NCBI GenBank assembly: GCA_963707505.1
Contig: CAVPQB010000003.1
Span: 480,001 to 544,000, forward strand
Direction of reading: 5' to 3'
Length of the DNA stretch: 64,000 nucleotides
DNA from: an uncultured Gemmatimonadales bacterium
GTDB lineage: Bacteria > Gemmatimonadota > Gemmatimonadetes > Gemmatimonadales > Gemmatimonadaceae
How positions within the stretch are numbered: the stretch's first letter is position 1; every line of letters starts with the position of its first letter. Shown here in pieces: positions 44,128 through 52,953 of the stretch. The translations under genes and the position numbers were made by a program. The notes below the pieces were generated by a model that was given only the letters and a program-made list of their open reading frames with translations, searched no databases and was not told the DNA's origin.

Positions 44128-44674
44128 TGTAATGAGTCTCCTCCATGATGCGCCGCCGTGCGGCGCGATTGGTACGTACGCGAAGTACCACCTGATCGAA
44201 TGCGAAAGGTCGCCCTCTCTGCTCACAACCTCCTTCGCAGCCGTGGGACGGCAATGCGATTTGAAATGAGCACGCAACGCGCGTCGCTGGAGAACGACGG
44301 CGTATCAAGAACAATCTGGCTAATCACGCGACAGAGGGTTTGTAGCGCTAGACCATTAAGATTTCTTAATGCGGTTACACAAGGATTCCTTAATCCACTC
44401 GCGATTATTCGTGCAGCGGTGATGCATGATCATGCATGATTATGCAATCTCGCAACGCCCGGATACACGCACCTGCATCGGTGAAAATGTTGCACACTTC
44501 GTGCACGATGCGCCGTACGCGACGGGTTCACGTGTAAAATTGCGGGGCTGGTTGCAACGGTTTGGTATTGTTGCAGAGCATGGGTCATGTGCACGACGCC
44601 ATAAGCCGCTAACAATGTTCGGCTTTCACAGTTCGCCATTATTCGGGCGCGGCTCGCCGACCCGACAGGAATGG

Positions 44675-44701
44675 AAAAGCCCCCGGTTTCGGCCGGGGGC
44701 T
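44675..44701 (-). terminator. Intrinsic terminator after susD4
   Basis: Minus strand AGCCCCCGG-CCGAAA-CCGGGGGCT-TTT. Confidence 0.8.
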
Positions 44702-44730
44702 CCCATCACTGTCGAACTACAGCTGCATGA

Positions 44731-46284
44731 TCACGAGCACGTTGGGGCCGCGCTCGGCTTGCTGTCCCAGTACACACGGGTCAGGAAGTTGTCCGGGCCC
44801 TGACGCGTAATTGCCGCCTGCAGGTTTGCCCCATTCACCGACACTTCAGTCGGCGAGTAGAAGAAGCGGCGTGGGATTTCGGTCACGATTGCGCCTGGGC
44901 CAGGCTTCAACCCAGCCGGGATACAGGTACGTCGCCACTCCGCCCAAGCCTGACCGCCATCCGTGTACAAGGCTATGTATTTCTGGAGCGCGATCTGCTT
45001 TTGCCCGGCGACGCCACCCTGATATGCGACGGACGGCTGTGCCAGGTAATTCGCGATCGCCGTGGGGTCGGTAATTCCCCACTGATTCAACGACGCAGTG
45101 ACGCCGGCGTTGTAGAAGCCAGCAGCCTGGCCAGGCGTCAGGCCCCCCAAGCCACGCTCAGCCGCCTCGGCTTGGATCAACGCAACTTCCGCGTACGTCA
45201 TGATGTACGACGGGAGCTTCGCCCCATTGCCACCGAACGTGCCATATGCAGTCACGCCCGGGTAGAAGATAGCACCGGCGCGTGAAGCGGTATTACCGTA
45301 TGCACCGGCCTTGACGGTCAACAGCCCGTTTGGCATTCCGCCGTAACCATTCGGATACAATGAAGAATCCTGTACCGGTTGGGCGTACACCTTGATGCGC
45401 GGATCGTTGTTCGCGATCAGAATGTTCATCAACGTCTGTGACATCCTGTTGTCGTCACGTCCCTTGTAGAAGTCTGACCACGGGTTGTTGGTCGTACCGT
45501 CACCCGGCCATGGCATCAGCGCCATGTCGGAGTTGGACGTGAACACGCCGCCGGGCGCACTGAATGCAGCTTTCAGCTCAGCGCTAGCCGTGGTAGGATC
45601 GACGTTCACCAATCGCAACGCATAACGCGCATGCAGCGAGTTGGCGAACTTCTGCCACGAAGCAACATCGCCGTTGTAAATCGGATCGGCACTTCCAAGA
45701 CCCGGGTCGCTGGCAGGATCGGTCGCAAGATCAGCGGAGACCTTGGTCAGCGTCTTGAAAAATCCCGCGTAGATGTCCTTCTGCGCGTCGTACTTCGGGA
45801 GCAATGCTCCACCGGTGGAATCACCACTCAGTGCATCACTATATGGCACATCGCCAAATGAATCAGTGAGATAACTGAAGGTCCAGGTCTCCATCGTGAG
45901 CGCCGGCCCGTAGACGGCCGGCTGCTGGTTCGCTATACCCTTTGCCGCAACTTTTTTCAGGTCTTCGAGTTCCGCAGAGTACGGAGTATCGAAGAACCCG
46001 CGCGTGTCGGCCGACTGCAGGCGCTGATACCTGTCCTCGTCCGAGTACTGTGTCTCCGCCTGATGCTGGATGATCAGCGAAGCTCCGCGCATGTCGTAGC
46101 CAGCGCCGAGGAAGCGCGCCGTGGTCGTGTTCACAGCATTCGTGAACAACGCTCCAGCCGGCGCATTGGTCGGATTGTTAGGGTTCTGGTTGAGGCTTGT
46201 GAGCTTGTCATTGTTGCATGCAGCTAGGCCGGCAGCGATCGCAAGACCGACGGCAACCGTAGCTAGTGATTTATTGGTCGTCAT
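44731..46284 (-). CDS. SusD-like lipoprotein (locus 4)
   Basis: Lipobox LAAC, NQNPNN, TDSFGDVPYS, WQKFANSLHAR, NDPR, TYAEV.LIQAEA, QKYIAL, AWAEWRRT. Confidence 0.92.
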   Translation of the reverse strand: MTTNKSLATVAVGLAIAAGLAACNNDKLTSLNQNPNNPTNAPAGALFTNAVNTTTARFLGAGYDMRGASLIIQHQAETQYSDEDRYQRLQSADTRGFFDTPYSAELEDLKKVAAKGIANQQPAVYGPALTMETWTFSYLTDSFGDVPYSDALSGDSTGGALLPKYDAQKDIYAGFFKTLTKVSADLATDPASDPGLGSADPIYNGDVASWQKFANSLHARYALRLVNVDPTTASAELKAAFSAPGGVFTSNSDMALMPWPGDGTTNNPWSDFYKGRDDNRMSQTLMNILIANNDPRIKVYAQPVQDSSLYPNGYGGMPNGLLTVKAGAYGNTASRAGAIFYPGVTAYGTFGGNGAKLPSYIMTYAEVALIQAEAAERGLGGLTPGQAAGFYNAGVTASLNQWGITDPTAIANYLAQPSVAYQGGVAGQKQIALQKYIALYTDGGQAWAEWRRTCIPAGLKPGPGAIVTEIPRRFFYSPTEVSVNGANLQAAITRQGPDNFLTRVYWDSKPSAAPTCS

Positions 46285-46300
46285 GGTTGTCTCTCGTCGG

Positions 46301-49300
46301 TTACGGCGTGATGCGCAAGTTGAGACCGAGGCTCTTCGTATTGGGAAGCTCCCCGAACTCCATACCCTGGAAGTTGCCAGTGTTATACGTGAACTCCGGG
46401 TCGATATTGGGCACCTTGGTATGCATCCACAGGTTGCGCCCAACGAACGACACGTTCACAGCACTTGCATGCATCCGTGCGGCCATTGTAGCGGGAAGGT
46501 CGAGCCCGACACGCAACTCACGCAGTTTGATGTAACTGTCATCATAGATGAATGGCTCATGCAGCTGGAACAGGGACTGATAATACTGTTCGGCTGTGAC
46601 AGTATCCGTGTTCACCTTGCCAGTCTTCTGGTCGATACCCTTGACTACAAGGCCGGGTTTATCCCAATCGACCTGACGACCGTTCATGGTTTCCTTCAGC
46701 ACACCTGAGTACTGACCGAACATGTTGGTGATGCTGAAGATGTTTCCACCCTTGTGTATGTCGAGCAGCACGCTTGCGGAGAGGCGCTTGAACCGGAACT
46801 CGTTGCTCCACCCGGCGACGTACTTGGGCTCGATGGTGCCCAACACACGTAGCGCGCCCTGCTGTGGAAGACCGCCATTCAATAACAGGTTTCCAGAGCT
46901 GTCACGCTTGAATGGGAAGCCGTAGAGCGCTCCGTAAGCGTACCCAACACGAGCCTCGGTATTTGCCGACCACTGGCGGCCGAGCACCTGCGTCTGCAGA
47001 CCGGGATACAATGAAACGACCTTGCTCCGGTTCTGCGAGTAATTGAGCGTCGTATTCCAGGTAAAATCACCACTCGCCGTCTTGATCGGAGTGATGGTCA
47101 GAAGCGCCTCGAAGCCCTTGTTCTGGATCTTACCCGCGTTGACAGACGTGGTATTGAATCCAGAGGCTGGCGAGACGGAGAGCTGGATGATCTGATTCGT
47201 GGTCGCCTTGTCGTAGTACGTCATGTCAAGGCTCGCACGATCGCCAAAGAACCCTAGCTCCATGCCGACTTCACCCGATTTCGTTATCTCTGGCTTCAGC
47301 GTCGAGTTGGCGATATTGTCGCTCAGCGAGAACTGCGGAAGCGAGCCGAATTTGGTCGTCTGTCCGTTGTACGTCGTCAGCAGCTGGTACGGATCAGCGT
47401 CCGATCCTACCTCAGCAACCGATCCACGCAGCTTGGCGTAGGAAAGGAAGCGCGACTGAAGTGCTGGAATGGCGTTGGTCAGCACGAACGACGTGTTGAT
47501 CGACGGATAGAAGTACGAATTGTTGCCCTTGGGAAGAGTCGAGGACCAGTCGTTGCGCCCCGTTACCTCCACCGTCCACCATTGATCCCATGTGAAGGAG
47601 CCGGACCCGTAACCGCTGTTCACCTGCTTGCGGTCATCGTATTGCGTATTGACCGGTGTAATGGCCGCATTCGAGATGTTGTATGTCCCGGGGACCGCAA
47701 GGCCATTAGTAGAGGTGCGCGCATTGTGTGTCGTGATGTAGCGCTTATTTGCACCCAGGGTCCCGTTGAGCTGCAGCCGCGACCCAACTTGCTTGTTGGC
47801 GGTGAACAGCAGCTCGGTGTTGTTCTCGTTGGTGCGGTAATTGTACAGTTGGAGAGCGCCGAAATACGACTGATCTCCGAAGTTCAGATTCCCCTGCGCA
47901 AAATCCTGCTGGGTGTTGAATCGGGCGATGTTGGATCCCGAACGGAACTGCGCATTCAACCAATCAGCGACCTTGTAATTAGCCGACACACTGCCTATCA
48001 CGTGATCGCGGTCGTCCTGCTCGGGGTTCGCAGACTGGATCCAGTACGGATTGTTGTGGAAATTGGAGTTCCAGTTATAGAGCGACCCGTTCGCATTGTA
48101 GAACTGGTTCTTCAGCTCCGGCAGGTTCACCTGACGACCAAACCAGACGAACTGCTCGAGAATGCCGGTGTTGTAACCAACCCCGGGACGGTTACGCGCC
48201 GCATCGCTCGTGTATTGCACGATGGCCGACGTGCTGAGACGATCACTCACGGCCAGCGTGCCATTGAGCGACCCCGTAAACTTCTGCATCGTATTTTCGG
48301 GGATGATCCCGGCAACGTTCTGCATGCCGACAGAAAGCCGACCCGTCGCCTTGTCCGTGCCGCCGCTGAACGCGATGTTGTTGTCGAGTGTGTGCCCTGT
48401 GTTGAAGAAGGAGTACACATTGTCGGGATGAGCAATGAACGGAGTCGGTATCCGGTTTCCCTGAGCATCTACCGGGCTGTCGAACTGGGGAATCAGTTGT
48501 CCATTGAGGCGTGGACCATAGCTCTGATCATTTCCATCCTGGACACCGCCGCCCTGCCCGTCCTTGTACGCGAACTGACCGCCGGCGCCCTGCCCATAGG
48601 AGTTCTGGTAGGTCGGTAGTACCGAGGGTGTGTCCCACGTATAGCTGGACGTGAACTCGGTGCTGATCTTGCCGTTCGACGCCTCGCCATGCTTCGTGGT
48701 AATCACTATCACACCGTTGGACGCGCGCGAACCGTAGAGTGCGGCGGCGTTCGGACCTTTCAAGACGGTGAGCGTGGCGATGTCGTCGGGATTGATGTCG
48801 CTGATCGCACTGCCGAAGTCGCGACCACCACCACTCAGACCGCCACCGCCCGGGCTTGCCTGCAACGGGTTGTCGTTGGTTACAGGAACGCCATCCACGA
48901 TGAAGAGCGGCTCGTTGTTACCCTTGATCGAGTTGGAGCCGCGGATCACGATGTGCGTCGTTCCGCCCTGGGTGCCGCCGGAGGTGATGTTCACACCGGA
49001 GACCTTTCCCTGAAGCTGATTGAGAACGTTCGGATCGTGAGTCGTATTTAGATCGGTGCTGCTGAGTTGCTGCTGGGCAGTGCCCAGCTGACTCTTTTCC
49101 TTCGCGATTCCGAGTGCCGTGACCACGACGCCCGTAAGCGTGTTGGCGTTCTGGGTTAGTGTGAAGTCCTGCGCGATAGACGCATTCGCTGAGAGCGTGA
49201 TCGTAACGCTCTTGGGTGCATAGCCGACGCGCCGCGCAGTGAGAGTTGCCGTCTGCCCTGTGAGACGAGCTGCGGACACCGTGATCGTGTACGCCCCGCG

Positions 49301-49480
49301 ATCGTTGGTGTAGGCGCCAAGGCCCAAGCTGGCTATGGACACGCTGGCCGACGCGAGCGGGGTGCCCGCTTCCGTTAGCACACGTCCCGATATGGTGCCG
49401 CTTTGCTGCGCCGCCGCTACGGAGGCAACCGTTGCCAACGCAGCGATGACTGAACTGATACGCTTCAACAACCTAAGCAT
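46301..49480 (-). CDS. SusC/RagA-family TonB-dependent receptor (locus 4, intact)
   Basis: SD GGAGG, TVLKGPNAAALYGSRASNGVIVITTK, RNDWSSTLP, FYPS, IDPE. Confidence 0.94.
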   Translation of the reverse strand: MLRLLKRISSVIAALATVASVAAAQQSGTISGRVLTEAGTPLASASVSIASLGLGAYTNDRGAYTITVSAARLTGQTATLTARRVGYAPKSVTITLSANASIAQDFTLTQNANTLTGVVVTALGIAKEKSQLGTAQQQLSSTDLNTTHDPNVLNQLQGKVSGVNITSGGTQGGTTHIVIRGSNSIKGNNEPLFIVDGVPVTNDNPLQASPGGGGLSGGGRDFGSAISDINPDDIATLTVLKGPNAAALYGSRASNGVIVITTKHGEASNGKISTEFTSSYTWDTPSVLPTYQNSYGQGAGGQFAYKDGQGGGVQDGNDQSYGPRLNGQLIPQFDSPVDAQGNRIPTPFIAHPDNVYSFFNTGHTLDNNIAFSGGTDKATGRLSVGMQNVAGIIPENTMQKFTGSLNGTLAVSDRLSTSAIVQYTSDAARNRPGVGYNTGILEQFVWFGRQVNLPELKNQFYNANGSLYNWNSNFHNNPYWIQSANPEQDDRDHVIGSVSANYKVADWLNAQFRSGSNIARFNTQQDFAQGNLNFGDQSYFGALQLYNYRTNENNTELLFTANKQVGSRLQLNGTLGANKRYITTHNARTSTNGLAVPGTYNISNAAITPVNTQYDDRKQVNSGYGSGSFTWDQWWTVEVTGRNDWSSTLPKGNNSYFYPSINTSFVLTNAIPALQSRFLSYAKLRGSVAEVGSDADPYQLLTTYNGQTTKFGSLPQFSLSDNIANSTLKPEITKSGEVGMELGFFGDRASLDMTYYDKATTNQIIQLSVSPASGFNTTSVNAGKIQNKGFEALLTITPIKTASGDFTWNTTLNYSQNRSKVVSLYPGLQTQVLGRQWSANTEARVGYAYGALYGFPFKRDSSGNLLLNGGLPQQGALRVLGTIEPKYVAGWSNEFRFKRLSASVLLDIHKGGNIFSITNMFGQYSGVLKETMNGRQVDWDKPGLVVKGIDQKTGKVNTDTVTAEQYYQSLFQLHEPFIYDDSYIKLRELRVGLDLPATMAARMHASAVNVSFVGRNLWMHTKVPNIDPEFTYNTGNFQGMEFGELPNTKSLGLNLRITP

Positions 49481-49874
49481 GGTTCCTCCAGGGTTGCCCC
49501 TGATGGGTGTGACATGACCACACGGACGAATTACGACTTTGGGAACTGGACATTCCCCGACTCACTCCTATTAATGGATTGGTAAAAAATGCGGCCGGAC
49601 GGACTCGCTTTCTATGTATGGAAAGTGTCTGGCCGCAAATCGTTGGGACAAAGGGTACGACCATATGTCTTTTGTGTCAATGAAAGCCGCGAGTGTGCGG
49701 GACGTATGCTCGCCGTAAACTCTCTGCAAGGGTCGCGAGCGCGAGAGTAAACACCGCGCCGACACGGTACGCTGCCGAACCAACGCGACGGAGATCCAGT
49801 CGCATGCGCGTTAAGGCTGCCTAAAAATGGAATTGAAAACTTATAAAGAAATGCGGAATAACCACGCATTACGT

Positions 49875-50004
49875 CGTCGTGTCCGCACCAGCGGGAACCC
49901 ATCCGTTGCCGATCAGTTTAGTGCTGCCGACGCACTCGGAGATCGATAACGGAGATCGATAACGGAGATCGATAACATGGATTCCCGCTTTCGCGGGAAT
50001 GACG
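49875..50004. repeat. REPIN-like element: degenerate left REP, 3x13-bp tandem GGAGATCGATAAC, intact right REP
   Basis: CGTCGTGTCCGCACCAGCGGGAACCCA ... tandem at 49938-49976 ... TGGATTCCCGCTTTCGCGGGAATGACG. Confidence 0.8.
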
Positions 50005-50011
50005 AGAGAAG

Positions 50012-50575
50012 CTAGAACTTCACCGTCGGTGTGGTTTCGCTTCCGGGTGCGGCTTCGTAGTACGTCCGCGCCTTGGCACCAGTCACCTTTGCGGTGATGG
50101 CCTGCGGGAAGGTTCTGATGTACGTGTTGTACGCCTGCACCGCGCTGTTGTAATCTCCGCGCGCAACTGCCACGCGGTTCTCCGTTCCGGTCAGCTCATC
50201 CTGCAGCGCGAGAAAGTTCTCGTTGCTCTTGAGCTGCGGATAGTTCTCAGCGATCGCCAGGAGCCGTCCAATCGCCCCCGTCGCCGCCTGGTCGGCCGCG
50301 GCCATCTGGGCGGGATCTCCGGTCTTCACTGCGCCCGCAAGCTGCGCCCGCGCATTGGCGATGCTGATGTAAACGGTGTCTTCCTGCTTGGTCACACCCT
50401 TCACTGTATTCACCAGATTCGGAATGAGGTCCGCACGACGCTGTAGCTGAACCTGGATCTGCTGCTTGGCCGACTGAGCCTGCTCGTCAAGGCTCTGGAT
50501 CTTGTTATAGCCACAACCGGTCAGCAGGAGGGCGGCCGGTAGCATCCATGCGAGAAATCTGCGCTGCCTGATCAT
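50012..50575 (-). CDS. lemA: LemA family lipoprotein
   Basis: LTGCGYN, QRRADLIPNLV, ENYPQLKSNENF, ENRVAVAR. Confidence 0.93.
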   Translation of the reverse strand: MIRQRRFLAWMLPAALLLTGCGYNKIQSLDEQAQSAKQQIQVQLQRRADLIPNLVNTVKGVTKQEDTVYISIANARAQLAGAVKTGDPAQMAAADQAATGAIGRLLAIAENYPQLKSNENFLALQDELTGTENRVAVARGDYNSAVQAYNTYIRTFPQAITAKVTGAKARTYYEAAPGSETTPTVKF

Positions 50576-50586
50576 CGGTAGTCCTC

Positions 50587-51306
50587 TCAAGGTCTCGTGT
50601 TCGGAAGGGCGGACACGTACGTCGTCACCGCTTCCATTGCTGTTAAATATGCGCCGAGCACCACCTGCGCGCGCTCCTTGGGAATGGCCTTCGAATCACG
50701 AATCTGCTGTGCGACGGCCTCGAACGGCGTTGCCTCGATCCCGGTCAGCGCTGCGACCTCACGGGCGATCTCGCCGTATCCGTGGGGCGGCGTGCGGCCG
50801 GCGAGCCGGAGAATTCCGCGGAAGACAACCATGAGCGTGCTGAGACTCGCGGTCATGAGCTTTATCTGCTCGCCCGAATCGTTACCGGCGAGCAGCACCG
50901 CGCCCCGCAGTCTGAGCAGCACTCCCATCGCCTCGCGCTCCAACTGCAGGCGCAGGTCGTCGTGCGCGACGGAAATCCCCTCGAACGGCGGGTCGCCATA
51001 CAGGACCTTGTTGCGCTCCAGGATGTCTGCGTACTCCATCGCGAATACGTCGCTGGAGGCACGCCACTCCCGCTCGGTGAAGGTCATCGGCGGATGATTC
51101 CCGGCCTCGCGCCAGGCCCGCGTCACGGCGGAGAGCTCGCGCAGCCGGCCGAGCGGTACTTCATCGACGATAATCAGCACGTTGAAGTCAGAGCGCTTCG
51201 CAACGTGCTCCGCGCCGCCAGCCGCGGCGGATCCGTAGAGGACTACCGAGCGCAGCGAAGTGCCATAAGCAGCGCGGAGTTGGGTTACCAGCTCATCAAG
51301 TGTCAT
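50587..51306 (-). CDS. Pol-beta-type nucleotidyltransferase domain protein with helical C-terminus
   Basis: SVVLYGSAA...SDFNVLIIV, EYADI, VLYG. Confidence 0.8.
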   Translation of the reverse strand: MTLDELVTQLRAAYGTSLRSVVLYGSAAAGGAEHVAKRSDFNVLIIVDEVPLGRLRELSAVTRAWREAGNHPPMTFTEREWRASSDVFAMEYADILERNKVLYGDPPFEGISVAHDDLRLQLEREAMGVLLRLRGAVLLAGNDSGEQIKLMTASLSTLMVVFRGILRLAGRTPPHGYGEIAREVAALTGIEATPFEAVAQQIRDSKAIPKERAQVVLGAYLTAMEAVTTYVSALPNTRP

Positions 51307-51321
51307 CGTGATCTCCAGGGT

Positions 51322-52137
51322 CTACCAGCTGCCGCCACCACCGCCACCACTGAATCCGCCGCCGCCGCCGAAACCGCCAAATCCGCCGCCTCCACCACCA
51401 AATCCGCCACCGCCGCCGGAGAAGCCACCGAATCCGCCTCCGCCCCATGGGATGAATAGCGGGAGGCAGCCACCACAACCGCCGCCGCGGCGACCGCGAC
51501 GAAGGTTACTCAGCATGATCACTACGAAGACGATCGCCAGAAAGATCATCTGCGGCGGGAAACCGCTGCCGCTGGGCTCGGGTGCCGTTTCTGGCTCCGG
51601 CGCATGCAGTGCGGTGTCGAGCGTAAAATGGAACTCGTTCGCGAAGCGTTGAGCGGTGAGGAGCGTCAGCAGCTGGATGCCGCCGCCGTAATCCTTCCGT
51701 TTGAAGAACGGGATCGCCTGCCTGCACATGGTGCCGGCGTCGGCGTCGGTTACAAAACCTTCGGCGCCGTTGCCTACGAGTATGAAGCACTCGCCCTTGC
51801 CGTCGGAGTTGGTTTCCTTGGGAACGACCAGGATCACGGCACCAGCGTTGCGCGTCGGGTCGCCTGGATTGCCGATCTTTCCGACCTTCCACTGGCGGCC
51901 GATCTTGAGCGCAACGTCGGACGGTGCGTAGTCGCCGATGTCGGGAAGCGTGACGACGGTGAATTCGCCGCGCGACTTGTTGCGCACATCGCTGGCGATC
52001 TGCTCTATGTGGGCCGCAGCATCGGCAGGAATTACATGGGCAAAGTCGTTGACGAGCCCCACCGGCTGCGGGATCGTCGGACCACTCTGGACGAGGAGCG
52101 CCAGAAGCGCCGATTGAAGTAGGGTCTGGAGCACCAT
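51322..52137 (-). CDS. TPM-domain (YgcG-like) membrane protein with Gly-rich tail
   Basis: VNDFAHVI, WKVG, GNGAEGFVTD, TM helix, GGFGGFGGGGGFSGGGGGGSW. Confidence 0.9.
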   Translation of the reverse strand: MVLQTLLQSALLALLVQSGPTIPQPVGLVNDFAHVIPADAAAHIEQIASDVRNKSRGEFTVVTLPDIGDYAPSDVALKIGRQWKVGKIGNPGDPTRNAGAVILVVPKETNSDGKGECFILVGNGAEGFVTDADAGTMCRQAIPFFKRKDYGGGIQLLTLLTAQRFANEFHFTLDTALHAPEPETAPEPSGSGFPPQMIFLAIVFVVIMLSNLRRGRRGGGCGGCLPLFIPWGGGGFGGFSGGGGGFGGGGGGFGGFGGGGGFSGGGGGGSW

Positions 52138-52149
52138 AGTATTTACGGC

Positions 52150-52851
52150 ATGCGTACTACACTAGTCAACGGACTCGCTGGACTCTCACTCGCGGCCTCG
52201 ATCACATTTGTGTCTCTGGGCTGCGCCAAACCGAACGGTCATACGGCAAGTGACACGCCGACAGCGGGTGGATCGCCCGTGGCTGTGGCGGGCACACTCA
52301 CCGACTCGCTTTCCAAAACGGCGGACTCGAGTCGCATCCAGGGATCGCCATCGGCCAAGATCTGGGTGATCGAGGTGAGCGACTTCCAGTGTCCGTACTG
52401 CAAGGAATGGCACGACGCAACATACAAGATGGTGCTGGACGATTACGTGAAGACGGGCAAGGTACGCATGGCTTACGTCAACTTCCCGCTGTCTATCCAC
52501 GCGCACGCACATCAGGCTGCGATCGCAGCGATGTGCGCGGGCGCGCAGAACAAGTTCTGGCAGATGCACGACGCACTGTTCGCGTCGCAGTCGAGCTGGG
52601 AAGCGCTGCCGGATCCGACGGCGAGCTTCGATTCGCTGGCCAGGTCGGTCGGGGTCGATGAGGCCAGGTATCATGCGTGTCTCAGCTCTCCATCCATCGC
52701 CGCACTGGTGGCCGGCGATCAACAGCGCGCGAAAGGCGGCGGCGTAACGGCGACGCCAAGTTTCTGGGTTGGCGGCAAGCTGATCGAGGGGGCGATTCCG
52801 ACGAGCGAGATGAAGGCGGCGATCGATCAGGCGCTCGAAGCGACGAAGTGA
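52150..52851 (+). CDS. DsbA-like thioredoxin lipoprotein
   Basis: SLGC lipobox, SDFQCPYC, NFPL, cis-Pro motif ATPSF. Confidence 0.9.
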   Translation: MRTTLVNGLAGLSLAASITFVSLGCAKPNGHTASDTPTAGGSPVAVAGTLTDSLSKTADSSRIQGSPSAKIWVIEVSDFQCPYCKEWHDATYKMVLDDYVKTGKVRMAYVNFPLSIHAHAHQAAIAAMCAGAQNKFWQMHDALFASQSSWEALPDPTASFDSLARSVGVDEARYHACLSSPSIAALVAGDQQRAKGGGVTATPSFWVGGKLIEGAIPTSEMKAAIDQALEATK

Positions 52852-52884
52852 GTTTGAAGTGAGTTTGAAGTGAGTTTGAAGTGA
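52845..52884. repeat. 11-bp tandem repeat GAAGTGAGTTT, ~3.6 copies, spanning the dsbA stop
   Basis: Read directly from the sequence. Confidence 0.9.
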
Positions 52885-52886
52885 CA

Positions 52887-52910
52887 GGCACGGATGCATC
52901 TGTGCCCCAC
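52887..52910 (-). repeat. Possible GT(A/G)G-type REP palindrome
   Basis: Minus strand GTGG-GGCACAGATGCATCCGTGCC; single copy in this window. Confidence 0.35.
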
Positions 52911-52953
52911 ATTCGCGAGCCATCTTTGCTACTGGTGAGTTTCGTTACTGCGA

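Noticed and set aside
51308..51652. Poly-proline ORF
   Set aside because: Antisense shadow of the Gly-rich TPM tail.
49938..52884. Short tandem repeats as CRISPR arrays
   Set aside because: Units of 11-13 bp, head-to-tail with no spacers, and no cas genes.
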